Shown: positions 1 through 10,054, counted from the first letter of the stretch. The stretch is 64,000 bases of DNA from an uncultured delta proteobacterium (GCA_963841435.1 CAWJCS010000005.1:256001-320000); one strand, 5' to 3'. Program-made: numbers and translations. The notes: a model not told the origin generated them from the letters alone.

Positions 1-111
1 GACTTTCACTCGAGCGACGCGCCCACGCTCGTGCCGGCCCGGCATTTCGCCGCCGGCTCGCCTCGCACCGCAATGCTGTCGCTCTCCGCGACGCTCGGAG
101 ACACGCCATGA
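1..111 (+). CDS. C-terminal end of a probable TonB-dependent receptor (5' partial)
   Basis: Frame 1 reads DFHSSDAPTLVPARHFAAGSPRTAMLSLSATLGDTP*, resembling myxobacterial TBDR C-termini; its stop overlaps the next start (ATGA). Confidence 0.55.
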   Translation, partial: DFHSSDAPTLVPARHFAAGSPRTAMLSLSATLGDTP

Positions 112-884
112 AACGGATTGCCTTCGCCCTCCCCCTACTTGCGCTCACGGCTTGCGTCGGCTCGACCGGCGGGGACCTGTTCGCGTTCCGAGCCGCTGCC
201 CGCGGTCCCGACGGCGCCGACGGATCGAGCTACACGTTCACGAGTGGCCGCGGCTACCGCGTGACGCTCACGCGCGGAAAGCTTCACGTGGGGGCCGCCT
301 ACCTCAACGAATCGGTGCCGACGTCGGTTTCGAGCGACACCACCTGCACGCTCGCCGGCATCTACGTGGCCGAGGTGACCTCGGGCCGCGACGTCGACCT
401 CCTCTCGGCCGATCCACAGCCGTTCCCCGTGCTTGGCAGCGCCACGACGGATCGCGCGATGACGGGCGAAGTGTGGCTGAACGGCCGCGACGTGAACGTG
501 CCGAACGATCGCACGCCCATCCTCGACGTGGCGGGCAGCGCCGAGAAAGACGGCCTCGTCTATCCGTTCGAGGGGGTGCTGACCATCGGCACCAACCGCC
601 AAGCGCTGACGCCGCCGGCAACGCCCGGCGCGAAACCGATCTGCAAGGAGCGCATCGTGACGCCGATCACGGTCGATCTCATCCCCCTGCGGGACGGACA
701 GCTGACGCTCACGATCGACCCCAAGCCGATGTTCGACAACATCGACTTCTCGACGCTCGCGGAGGGGGACGGCGGGGTGCGGCACTTCGTCGACGACCCC
801 TCGAAGGCGACTGCGGCGGACACGGCGCTCTACCACGGCATGCACGCCGCGACCGCCTACCACTTCGCCTGGAGCGACCCCTGA
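108..884 (+). CDS. Hypothetical lipoprotein
   Basis: Signal with lipobox LTAC; ATGA coupling to the upstream gene; GC3-rich codons. Confidence 0.8.
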   Translation: MKRIAFALPLLALTACVGSTGGDLFAFRAAARGPDGADGSSYTFTSGRGYRVTLTRGKLHVGAAYLNESVPTSVSSDTTCTLAGIYVAEVTSGRDVDLLSADPQPFPVLGSATTDRAMTGEVWLNGRDVNVPNDRTPILDVAGSAEKDGLVYPFEGVLTIGTNRQALTPPATPGAKPICKERIVTPITVDLIPLRDGQLTLTIDPKPMFDNIDFSTLAEGDGGVRHFVDDPSKATAADTALYHGMHAATAYHFAWSDP

Positions 885-910
885 AACACGAAGCAACAAG
901 GAGCACGACC

Positions 911-2071
911 ATGGAACATTCGACTATCCAGCGCCTCGTCCCGCTCACAGCGGCCCTCTTCTTCCTACCCGCCTGCGGCGGTGATGACGACGACGCCACG
1001 GGCGGCACGGGCGGCATCGCCGTGCAGATCTCGGGCGAGGAAGCCGCCACCGACGGCTTCCTCTTCCCCACGGGCAGCGAGGTCGCGTTCGCCGATGGCT
1101 GGGAGCTTCACTTCAGCCACCTCATCGTGACGATCGACGACGTGACCCTGTCTGAAAATCCCGACAAGGCACCGACCGACCAGTCGCAGACGGACACCGC
1201 CGTCGCGCGAGCCAAGGGACCCTGGGCCATCGATCTCGCCATCGAGGGCACCGTTCCCGGCGCCGGTGGCGAAGGGCTCGCGACGCCGCTCACGACCATC
1301 GCGAACCAAACGCTGAACGGCGGCAAGGCGTTCGCGCTCGACCGGCGCTACGCGTTCGGCTTCTCGATCGTCGAGGCAACCGACGCCGCGACCCGCGTGA
1401 ACTTCGAGGGAGATGCGGAAGCAAATGCCGCCTACGACACGATGATCAGCGAGGGCTACGCCGTCTACTACGTCGGCACCGCCACCTTCAAGGGCGACTC
1501 GTGCGAGACCAGCGACGATGGTTACGACTTCGACGCGGTCCCAGGCGAGCTCTCGTTCGAGCTCGGTTTCGAGACGCCCACCTCCTACCTCAACTGCCAG
1601 AACCAGGACAACGACGGCGACCCGTTCGACGGCGAGGAGTACCAGCGCGGCATCGCGCCGTTCGCGGATCGGCCCGCCACGGCGCAGATCACGCTGCACG
1701 CGGAACACCCCTGGTTTTCCGATGTCATCCACGACTCGGCGCTACAATTCGACCCGATGGCGTCCAGGCTGGTGGGCAAACCGTCCGGCACGGTGCTCAC
1801 CCTCGACGACATGACCGACGACGACCCGACCGCGCTGACCGACGGCGCGGGCAGTCCGCTGCCCAATCGCGTGTGCGACGGATCCGACCTGCCCGCGGGC
1901 GCTCAACGGGGCTTCGGCGTCGGCTCGCTGCCGGTCAATCCGAGCGGCGACCCCAAGACCGATCTCCGCGACTACCGGGACTTCGTCGCGTACGTCCAGA
2001 GCACCCAAGGCCACCTGAACGGCGGGGAGGGACTCTGCTACGTCCGGCGCAATTACCCCTCGCCGCGCTGA
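911..2071 (+). CDS. Hypothetical acidic lipoprotein
   Basis: AAGGAG RBS before ATG 911; lipobox LPAC-GGDDDD; conserved-looking C-terminus QGHLNGGEGLC. Confidence 0.8.
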   Translation: MEHSTIQRLVPLTAALFFLPACGGDDDDATGGTGGIAVQISGEEAATDGFLFPTGSEVAFADGWELHFSHLIVTIDDVTLSENPDKAPTDQSQTDTAVARAKGPWAIDLAIEGTVPGAGGEGLATPLTTIANQTLNGGKAFALDRRYAFGFSIVEATDAATRVNFEGDAEANAAYDTMISEGYAVYYVGTATFKGDSCETSDDGYDFDAVPGELSFELGFETPTSYLNCQNQDNDGDPFDGEEYQRGIAPFADRPATAQITLHAEHPWFSDVIHDSALQFDPMASRLVGKPSGTVLTLDDMTDDDPTALTDGAGSPLPNRVCDGSDLPAGAQRGFGVGSLPVNPSGDPKTDLRDYRDFVAYVQSTQGHLNGGEGLCYVRRNYPSPR

Positions 2072-2132
2072 GCGCGAGGAGTGGTCCGCGCGGGGACGCT
2101 GAGTCGCCCGCGTTCGCCCGCAAGATCCGCGG

Positions 2133-3482
2133 CTACTTGCGAAAGAGCGTGCTGCCGACGAGCACGCCGCTTGCGAAGTACGTGCCGGACGAGGATGCCG
2201 GCAAGATGTCGTAGGTGTGCGAATGCTCGTAGGGGATCGTCTCGACGCTCGCAACGGTTCCCCCCATGAGCGAGCTGCCGGGCGAGAGCGACGAGAGCGG
2301 GTGACCATCGGCGAGCGGATGACCCGGGCTCATCTCGAAGCCTTCGCCGTTGGTGAAACGTACGCGCAGCACGCGATGATGGGAGGCGGGCACGCGGTTG
2401 ATGCGCGCGATGGGCACGGCCCGGATCTGCTCGCCGTCCTCACTGTAGACGAGGTCCCCGACGGCCAGGCTCGCGATGGGGCGTTCGCCGTCGGGCGTTG
2501 CGATGAGGGTGTCGGGGGAGGCGCAGCGACAGCCCGAGCACGTGCCGTCCGTTTTGCGGCAGTATCCGCTCGCGACTGGGCCCGACGCCTCGATGCACGC
2601 GCCAAACTGGGAATCGTCGCGGCACGTGCACGTGGGTCCCGGCGAGTCGCAGTCGCCCTCGGGGCACGCTTCGGGGGCGCAGCTGCCGACGCGATCCGCG
2701 ATTGTGGTGCCGCACGGTGCCGGAGCGCCACCGGTGCAAAGCTGCCCGGACGGACAGTCGGCGTCGCCGAAGCAGCCGGTCGACGGCACCGCGCGACAGG
2801 TGCCCGGCGCGGGAGTGACGCAGTCCGCGCCGTAGCAACGCTCGCCGTCCGCGCAGTCGGAGTCCTGAAAGCAGACGCAGCCGTCGGGCGCGACGATGCT
2901 CTGCGCGCTGCACCCATCGGCGCAGGGGCACTGGCCCTGACAGGCGATCTCGACGGGCACGCACTCCGTGCCGCACGCCGCGTCGTACGTCGTGCCGTCG
3001 GTGCCGCAGACGGGGACGTAGGCGCCCTTCACGCACATGCAGTCGACGCCACCCGTGCCACCCGAAGCGGTGCCGCCCGTGCCGCTCGCGCCGCCGTTGC
3101 CGCCGCTACCGGCGTCACCGCCGCCAGCCTCGCCGCCGGTGCCGGAGGAGGTGCCCCCGGTGCCGCCGGTTCCCGCGTCGCCGCCCGTGCCGCCCGAAGC
3201 ACCCGTCCCAGTGCCACCCTTGCCGCCGCTGCCACCCGTGCCCGACGCCGACGACCCCGCCGTGCCGCCGGTCGTGCCGCCACCGACCGCACCCCCGGCG
3301 CCCCCGCTCGAGCCCCCGCTGCCACCTGTGCCACCGCGCCCGCTGCCCGAGGCGCCTGCCGCGTCGCTGCCGTCGCCGACGAAGAGCTCCTTGCTGCCGC
3401 AGGCGGCGAGCCAGAGCGAGACGAACAGGGCGCCCGACAGCGAGGGCGCGAAACGACGGCGTGTGGCTTTCGGCAAACTCAT
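2133..3482 (-). CDS. Lipoprotein: Gly linker + Kazal-like/Cys-rich region + C-terminal Hint domain
   Basis: LAAC lipobox; PVCGTDGTTY Kazal motif; Hint blocks CASPDTLIATPDGERPIASLAVGDLV, SPGHPL, TYDIL, YFASGVLVGS. Confidence 0.85.
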   Translation of the reverse strand: MSLPKATRRRFAPSLSGALFVSLWLAACGSKELFVGDGSDAAGASGSGRGGTGGSGGSSGGAGGAVGGGTTGGTAGSSASGTGGSGGKGGTGTGASGGTGGDAGTGGTGGTSSGTGGEAGGGDAGSGGNGGASGTGGTASGGTGGVDCMCVKGAYVPVCGTDGTTYDAACGTECVPVEIACQGQCPCADGCSAQSIVAPDGCVCFQDSDCADGERCYGADCVTPAPGTCRAVPSTGCFGDADCPSGQLCTGGAPAPCGTTIADRVGSCAPEACPEGDCDSPGPTCTCRDDSQFGACIEASGPVASGYCRKTDGTCSGCRCASPDTLIATPDGERPIASLAVGDLVYSEDGEQIRAVPIARINRVPASHHRVLRVRFTNGEGFEMSPGHPLADGHPLSSLSPGSSLMGGTVASVETIPYEHSHTYDILPASSSGTYFASGVLVGSTLFRK

Positions 3483-3585
3483 GAAGGACCTCGTGGCTCC
3501 TGTGTCGCGAGCGGAAGAAATGGATCGGTGCCGGTGCCGGACCGGTGCGAAATGACGCTCGCCGAGCTTTTCCCACGCCGGCCCG

Positions 3586-4674
3586 TCATGGCCACTCGAC
3601 ACCTGCGAACGCGCCCGGCTGCGCCTGCCACGGCGACAGCTCGCGCTCGGAGCGACCGTCGAGCAGCACCGCGTAGTCGATGCGCACGAGATCAACGTCG
3701 ACGCTCAGGCCGAGCACGAGTCGAAGCGGTCCGACGGGCAGGCCGTGCAGCAGAGCGAGACCGAGTGAGGGGCGCCGGTCGCTGGTCGCTCGTGGTCGAA
3801 CGTCCGAAGCGGAGCCCGTTTCCGCGTCGATGCTCAGAACGGAAAGCCCCGCCGCGACCTCGAGCGCCGTCACGTGGCCGCTCGGGCCGAGAACGGCCGC
3901 GCGGAGCCCGGCACGCGCCGAAAACCCAGCGATGACGAGCTCCAGGCGACGCCCGTTGGCGCGGTGCGGTAGCTCGCCGTGCACCTCGGCGAGCAGCGAC
4001 AGCCCGACGGGTCCCCAGGCAACGCCCACTTCGCCGCTCACTCCCGGTCCATGAACGAGGCCCTCCGGTCCCGCGTAGCGCGAAAGGTAACGCGCACCGA
4101 TGGAGCCGCGCAGCACCGTGGGCGAAGCCGGCGACCGCTCGGGCGGGCGTTCCGGGGGCGCGGGCTTGTGCTCGGGCTCGGCGGGGGCAGCGGGAGAGCC
4201 TTCGAGCGCGCTCCGCACCGCGGCGGCCGACGTTTGCTCGCGCTTTTGCATGAATGCGATCGCCGCCGACAGCAGCACCTGCGTGACCTGCTCGCGCCCC
4301 ACTTCGTTCAGCCCGTGCTCGAGCGGCACGTCGCGGACCAGGAAATGCTCGGCGCCGCGATCGGCCATGTAGATCCGCACGTGCTTCGGCGTGGCCGTGA
4401 CCCACACCCGGACACGACGCTCGGTTGGATCCGACGCGAGCACCTCGTCCACGCTCAGGGCACGCTGCGCCTGAACCTCGACGCGGAGGCCCGTCGGCTC
4501 GAGCCATTCCTCGATCAGACTTCCGAGCTCGGGCCCGTTCGCGTCGCCGACCAGCACGACGCTCAAGCGGTTGACGGTCGCTTCGGAGACGCGAGGCGAC
4601 TCGTCCGGCGGGGCGGCGAGCGCGCGGGTCGCGATGCAGACGAGCGCGAGTGCGGAGCATGGAACCGCCCTCAA
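3586..4674 (-). CDS. Secreted hypothetical protein with C-terminal beta-strand-rich (barrel-like) region
   Basis: Signal ...TRALA; TTG start overlaps the upstream stop (TTGA); ends FAGVEWP. Confidence 0.7.
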   Translation of the reverse strand: MRAVPCSALALVCIATRALAAPPDESPRVSEATVNRLSVVLVGDANGPELGSLIEEWLEPTGLRVEVQAQRALSVDEVLASDPTERRVRVWVTATPKHVRIYMADRGAEHFLVRDVPLEHGLNEVGREQVTQVLLSAAIAFMQKREQTSAAAVRSALEGSPAAPAEPEHKPAPPERPPERSPASPTVLRGSIGARYLSRYAGPEGLVHGPGVSGEVGVAWGPVGLSLLAEVHGELPHRANGRRLELVIAGFSARAGLRAAVLGPSGHVTALEVAAGLSVLSIDAETGSASDVRPRATSDRRPSLGLALLHGLPVGPLRLVLGLSVDVDLVRIDYAVLLDGRSERELSPWQAQPGAFAGVEWP

Positions 4675-5699
4675 GGTGGAGACGCGAGGCGACTCCTCGC
4701 GGCGCGTGCCTGGATGGACTTCGGGAAACGCTCGACGAGCTCTTCGAGGGTCCGTCGCTCCGCCTCCGGGCGCCCGAGCGCACGCAACGCCTGCGCCCGA
4801 CCCTGCAGGGCTTCCTCGACGAGCGCTCCGTTGCGAGCGGCCGCGAGGTAGCGATCGAAATGGGCGAGCGCACCGGAAAAATCGCCGCTTCTGAGCGCGA
4901 GCCGCGCGGTGAGCACGTGCGAGAGCAGCGCCTCGGGTGCGCTCGGGTAGAGGCGCTGCAGCTCGCCGTACGAGGCGACCGCCCGCGCGACATCGCCGGC
5001 CTTGCGCTCCGAGTTGGCGCGAGCAAAGAGCGTCGCCGCGTCAACCGGTGACGCGACCGACGGCCCGGGCTCGGCGCCGTTGGCTCGAGGCGCAACGGCG
5101 ACGGCGGCGGGCGACGGCGACGGTTGCGGAGACGTGCCAGTCAACGCCTCGGCGTCCCCGTGCGGCGAAGTTGGCTGCCGCGCGGCGCCGCTCGACACGC
5201 CCGCGCCCGGTGGCGGCTCGGCGGGCGACGGGGCGGCGGTCAGCGGCGCGGGCGCGTCCGGGTCGTTCACTTGGGAGCGCGGCGCGCGTGCCGGGGCCGC
5301 TCCGGGCGGCCGTGCCACGGCGGACGACGGCGTCTCGTCGGCAGGAGTCGCCTGAGCGGGTCGGTGCGTGCGCTCGATGCCCCACGCCCCCGCGGCCAGG
5401 ACGCCAGCGAGCAGCACCGCGGCACCGAGCTGGCTCGCGCGGCGCCGCCGGGGCCCCGCACGCCCGGCAAGGTGCACCGACGGGCTCGCGTAGCGAACGG
5501 CCGCGCGCTCGGCGAGGCGCTCCACGAAATCTTCGTCGCCGGGCCGTGACGTGTCCATCGCGTCGTAGTCCGAGCCCGCGCCGTGCAACAGCAGCGACTC
5601 GTCGGAGCTCTTGAGCGCGAGCTCGAGCCGGCGCGACTCGGGCAGCGTGAGCGCGCGGCGGCGCGACAGAACGCTGAGATCTTCACTGGAGCCCGGCAT
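4671..5699 (-). CDS. Membrane-anchored anti-sigma-like protein with C-terminal TPR domain
   Basis: Short N-terminal domain, one TM helix, Pro/Ala linker, TPR-like helices (ATLFARAN...YP...FDRYL...EEAL...RFPKS); directly follows the sigma factor. Confidence 0.75.
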   Translation of the reverse strand: MPGSSEDLSVLSRRRALTLPESRRLELALKSSDESLLLHGAGSDYDAMDTSRPGDEDFVERLAERAAVRYASPSVHLAGRAGPRRRRASQLGAAVLLAGVLAAGAWGIERTHRPAQATPADETPSSAVARPPGAAPARAPRSQVNDPDAPAPLTAAPSPAEPPPGAGVSSGAARQPTSPHGDAEALTGTSPQPSPSPAAVAVAPRANGAEPGPSVASPVDAATLFARANSERKAGDVARAVASYGELQRLYPSAPEALLSHVLTARLALRSGDFSGALAHFDRYLAAARNGALVEEALQGRAQALRALGRPEAERRTLEELVERFPKSIQARAARSRLASPP

Positions 5700-5701
5700 G
5701 T

Positions 5702-6316
5702 TCAGGATGCTCCTTTCCTCTTCGGCTCGAGCTCGTCCGCGAGCACGGTGCTTTCGGTCACGCGCCGCTTCAACGCCGCCTTGGCGCTCAAAAGACGGCT
5801 GCGGACGGTGTTGGGCGGCACGCCGCAAGATTCGGCGGTCTCCGCGATCGTAAAACCGAGGATCAGATGCATCGCGAGCGCCTCGGCTTGGGCGGGTGGC
5901 AGCTCGTTGAGTAGCTCCTCGACGGCGTGCCGGCGTCGGCGCGACGCGAGATCCACGATCGGCGACGCGCCGGGGGCCTGGAACGCGTCGAGACCGTCGG
6001 GCCCGAGCTCGGAGCTGTGCCGCTCGCGCAGCCGCAAGCGCCGGCGCGCGTTCATGGCAGTGAGCAGCGCCACGCGCGATGCGAAATGGAGCACGCCGGA
6101 CTCGCCGCGGAAGTGCGGCAACGCCTCGATCACGCCGAAGACCGCGTCCTGCATGACGTCCTCGGCCTCGGGGTGCCGCGCGCCGAGCACCTGACGCACC
6201 ACTCTGAGGACGCGCGGCCCGACGCCACGCACGAGCTCCCGGATGGCCTCGGCTTCACCGCGCAAGACGGCCGGAACCAGGCCATCGAGACCCCGAGCGT
6301 GGGTCGGCTCCACCAT
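5702..6316 (-). CDS. ECF RNA polymerase sigma-70 factor
   Basis: Region 2 EAEDVMQDAVF...FRGES; region 4 GFTIAETAESCGVPPNTVRSRL; GGAGG RBS. Confidence 0.92.
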   Translation of the reverse strand: MVEPTHARGLDGLVPAVLRGEAEAIRELVRGVGPRVLRVVRQVLGARHPEAEDVMQDAVFGVIEALPHFRGESGVLHFASRVALLTAMNARRRLRLRERHSSELGPDGLDAFQAPGASPIVDLASRRRRHAVEELLNELPPAQAEALAMHLILGFTIAETAESCGVPPNTVRSRLLSAKAALKRRVTESTVLADELEPKRKGAS

Positions 6317-6369
6317 CGATCCTCCCTGTACCTTCGCACGCAAAAAGCGATCGGGTATCCCGCCCGGCC

Positions 6370-6385
6370 GGGGGCGCGAGCCCCC
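6370..6385. terminator. GC hairpin just after the tldE-like stop
   Basis: GGGGGC-GCGA-GCCCCC stem-loop; no adjacent U-tract. Confidence 0.3.
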
Positions 6386-6389
6386 GCGG

Positions 6390-8142
6390 CTATTTCGCGC
6401 CGGGCGACGGCTTCGCGCCGGGCGACGGCTTCGCGCCGGGCGACGGCTTCGCCTCGGGCGGCGGGTAGCTCGGCGGCTTGGGGTTGTCCGCCTCGTGCCG
6501 CTTCACGTCGATCTCGCCGAGCACGAGCGACGGCGTGATGATGGACGCGCCGCTCGTCTGATCGACGTTGAACACCGCGGGGTCCTTGCCCGCGCCGAGG
6601 ACGTCCTTGAGCGCGCGAAGCTCGAGCCCGTCGAGCGTGAGGCCGCGCACGGGCTCTTCCTTCTTGCCGGTGACGAGGTAGGCCTCCGCCGCGACGACGC
6701 CCTGTTCGACCGACACGGCCTCGTCGGCCGACATGCCGAACATGCCGCGCATCGCGAACACATGGCGCGGCGAGAGGCGTCTCACGACGTAGACTTTCGT
6801 CGCGGAGCCGTGCTTCTTCGCCTCGCGTTGGGCGAGATCGAGCAGCCGGTCACGCGAGAGCGGGCGGCGCGCCTGGACGACGAGCGTGGCGATGCCGGCA
6901 CCGCGCCCCATGCGAAAATGCGCGTTCGACTGGCGGATTTCCTTGCGCGGCGCGCGCGACATCAAGAGCGTCTTCAAGACGCCTTTCTCGATGAGCGAGA
7001 CGCGCCGCGCCGGCACGCCCTCGTCGTCGGCCGCGTAGTGACCCCAGAGTGCCTCGCCGCCCGGTCCCGCGGCGAGCGTGGCGTCGTCGAAAACGTCGAG
7101 CAGCGGCGAGACGACCTCGACGCCGAGGCGCGACGCGAGGCTGCGGTCGGTGTCCGCCGCCACGTAGCGCATGGGCGGCGTGCCCGAGAGGCGCTGCGCG
7201 AGGAGCGAGCGAACGAGCTGCGTCGCGGCGCGGCCTTCGAACAGCACGACGGCGCTACCGCTCTCGGCGAGCGGCGCCGTGCGGAACGTTTCCAGCCGCG
7301 CGACGGCGCGCCGTACCTCGGCCTCCATCGCTTCGAGCGACGGCAGCTTGCCCGCATCGTCGCTCGTGAAGTCGACGCCCTCACGCAGCTGCATGCCGTC
7401 GTCGGCTTGTGCCATGGCGCTCGCGCTGACGCGAACGCGCCGGTGCGTCTCGTCGGCCCAGGTGCCTTCGCTCGTGAGCAGGCGCCGCCTGAGCGTGATG
7501 CTCTGCGCGCCGGCACCCGAATCGACGAGCCCATGCCCCTCGGCGGCGGCGCTCGAAAGCCGTTCGACGACGCTCCGGAGCCGCGCGGCGTCGGCCGCCG
7601 AGTCGCGCGGCTTGTCGGGCACGACGGTTTCGTGGCGCGGCTCGGCCGCAAAATCCGGGTACGGGTCGCTGCGCTCGTTGACGCGCGCCGAGAGCGCGTT
7701 CTTTTTCTGGGCGAGCGACTCGAGCCCGTCCTTGTACTCGCTGTCGCTCTCGAGCCAGAGCTCGCGCCGCAAGGCGGCGTAGTCGTCTTCGAGCGGCGAG
7801 CCGCCGAACCCGACGCCGCGGCGACCGTACCAGACGCTCGAGCTATCGAGATCCGGCGTGCCGACGCGCAACGAGAACGTCGAGCGAGCGCGTGGGCATC
7901 GCGGACTCGAACGTGACGGCGCCGTGCGTCGCCATCGCCACGAAGAGCTCGCTGTCAACGGCCGTGTACGCGGCGAAATGAGTGTGCGGCTCGCCGGGCA
8001 GCGAAAGCTCGGTCGTCGTGCGCGCGAGCTCGTCGGCGAGAGCCCGGCGCAAAACGGCGTCGCCCGCCGGCGTCTGGGCGGCGGCGAGGCCCGGCGCGCA
8101 AACGAGCGCGAAGAGCGCACCGGCGAGCAGCGCGCGCCTCAC
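6390..8142 (-). CDS. TldE/PmbA-like protein with signal peptide, split by a +1 frameshift near 7876
   Basis: ORFs 7843-8142 and 6390-8120 join as RSLDV-SLRVGTPDLDS if one T is removed; D-D-EGVPA...LIEKGVLK...SNAH motifs; no HExxxH; GTG overlaps the tldD-like stop. Confidence 0.8.
6394..6447 (-). repeat. 3 x 18-bp coding tandem repeat (AKPSPG)
   Basis: ttcgcgccgggcgacggc x3, exact. Confidence 0.9.
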
Positions 8143-9950
8143 GGGGCACCTCCCGGTGCGGCGGGCGGCGGCGGCAAGATGGGCGGCTTGTCGTTCGCTT
8201 TGTCGCGCAGGGCGACCTCGATCTGCTGGACGAGCAGGCTCGGGCTCACGGCGGAAACCGGCACCCAGCCCGACTCGGCGCCGCAGCTACCGTTGAACAC
8301 GGCGTAGTGATCGTCGGCAGCGAGCACCTTGGTGAGCGAGACGAGCGGCGTGCCCACGATGTCGACGCCGCGAATGAGCTCGTCGGGGCGCCCATCCGTG
8401 AAGATCCGGTACACCATGACGGGCAAGAGCTTGTAGCCCTGCGTCGATTGGCGCGCCGTCTGCGTGTAGCCGCCCTCGATCTCCGCGAACAAGAGACCGT
8501 ACGGTTTGTGCTGGCGCTTCGCCTCGGCGACGAGCAGCCGGCGGAGCTCGGCGGCGGGCACCATGCGGCTCGGCTGCACGACGAGGTTCGCCTGGCGCGC
8601 CGTGGCAGCGCCGCTCAGCCGCCGGCCGTGCCCGTTGGAGCGCACGATGCCGCGCACGGGCACGCGGCTCATCAAGAAACCCTTGAGCACGCCGTCCTCG
8701 ACGAGCGACGCGCGCTGCGCGGGCACGCCCTCGTCGTCGAAGCGATAGAAACCGCTGAGCTCGGTGGGGCCGAGCGACCGGAGCCGCGGATCGTCGTACA
8801 CGCTCAAGAAAGGCGGCATGACGCGCTCGCCGAGCTTCTTCGCGAAGGTCTGCCCCTCGTCCTCGAGCTTCTGCCGCTCGCCCTCGATGCGATGACCGAA
8901 CGTCTCGTGGAAGAAGACGCCGGCGGCGCGACCACTGAGGATGGCTGGGCCCACGAAGGGCTCGGCGAGCTTGGCGCCACTGAGCGCCGCGAGGTCTCCC
9001 GCGATGCTGTCGGCCGCCGCGCCGAGCTTTTCGTCGTTCGGCAGGCCCGCTGGCGTCGAAGCCAGGAAATCCTCGCGCCGCGAGAGCTGCATGCCGTCGT
9101 CGGCGCGCGTGCTCGCACTGACGCTGAGCCGGTAGATGCGCTCACCGGTCTGGATCCGCGTTCCTTCGGAGGTCAGGATCCAGCGCGTGCCCGCGAAGGC
9201 CTCGATGCTCGCGTTGCCGCCGTGGATGCCCGGACGCTCGCGCAGCCGCGCGGAAATGGCGCGCAGGCGCCCTTGCCACTCTGCCTCACCGATCTCGAGC
9301 GGCAGCGCGGGCGGGCCGATGTGTCGGACCGGCGTCTCGCGCGAAAAGTCACCCGAGTGGTCCTCAATGTCAACCTTGACGCTGCCCTTCGACCGCACGG
9401 CGAGGAAGCGCTCGCTGGCGTTGCGATACACCTCGTCGATCTCCTGCCAGGCGAGGTGCCGGAGCGCGTCGTCGGATTCGGGACGATCAGCGGGCAGCAT
9501 GGCGGTCGAGCCGCCGCCGGTCTCGCCGTCGATTGGATGCGTCGAGTCGAGCTCGTACTTGCCGACGCGCACGTCGGTCATGAGAACGCGCATCTTGACG
9601 TGGTTTTTTCCCGTGACGGCGCCGTTCGCCGTCGCGACCCGCACGATGTCGTAGTCGGTGACCTCCTGGCCGATGAAGTAGGGAGCGAGGTCGCCGCGCC
9701 CGCCGAGCAACGTCATGGCGCGCTCGATCTCCGCGCCCATGACGTCCATACCGTGCGGAACGGGATGCTCGGGCTCCTCTCCCGGCTCGAGGCTCGAGAA
9801 CGAAGGTGCGGGCGCCCGGGCCACGGCCGCGCCTGCGGGCGCCCTGGGCGCAGCCGCGCCTTCCCCGCCGCAGCGGCACAGGGAGAGGCCGAGGGCAGCG
9901 ACCACCGCCGGCCGCGAAGCGAGAAGACGCCCCATGCGTGCTCCCGCCAT
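8139..9950 (-). CDS. tldD: TldD-family metalloprotease with N-terminal signal/lipoprotein peptide
   Basis: FFHETFGHRIE (HExxGH), FDDEGVPA, SNGHGR, CGAESGWVPVS; start uncertain. Confidence 0.88.
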   Translation of the reverse strand: MAGARMGRLLASRPAVVAALGLSLCRCGGEGAAAPRAPAGAAVARAPAPSFSSLEPGEEPEHPVPHGMDVMGAEIERAMTLLGGRGDLAPYFIGQEVTDYDIVRVATANGAVTGKNHVKMRVLMTDVRVGKYELDSTHPIDGETGGGSTAMLPADRPESDDALRHLAWQEIDEVYRNASERFLAVRSKGSVKVDIEDHSGDFSRETPVRHIGPPALPLEIGEAEWQGRLRAISARLRERPGIHGGNASIEAFAGTRWILTSEGTRIQTGERIYRLSVSASTRADDGMQLSRREDFLASTPAGLPNDEKLGAAADSIAGDLAALSGAKLAEPFVGPAILSGRAAGVFFHETFGHRIEGERQKLEDEGQTFAKKLGERVMPPFLSVYDDPRLRSLGPTELSGFYRFDDEGVPAQRASLVEDGVLKGFLMSRVPVRGIVRSNGHGRRLSGAATARQANLVVQPSRMVPAAELRRLLVAEAKRQHKPYGLLFAEIEGGYTQTARQSTQGYKLLPVMVYRIFTDGRPDELIRGVDIVGTPLVSLTKVLAADDHYAVFNGSCGAESGWVPVSAVSPSLLVQQIEVALRDKANDKPPILPPPPAAPGGAP

Positions 9951-10054
9951 GAGTAACACAATTGCGCCCGCCCCGGGGGGCCTCCTCGGGGGGCGGCCCC
10001 CCGCCGAAAAAAATCCGCCGCCCGTGTCGATCGGGGCTCGAGCCGGACGTCGCC

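Noticed and set aside
2133-2525. Canonical intein or polymorphic-toxin Hint
   Set aside because: No terminal His-Asn, no C-extein or toxin domain, no endonuclease, no immunity gene
3037-3555. Pro-rich ORFs (also 13600, 18658, 52010, 53435)
   Set aside because: Antisense mirror images of Gly-rich linkers
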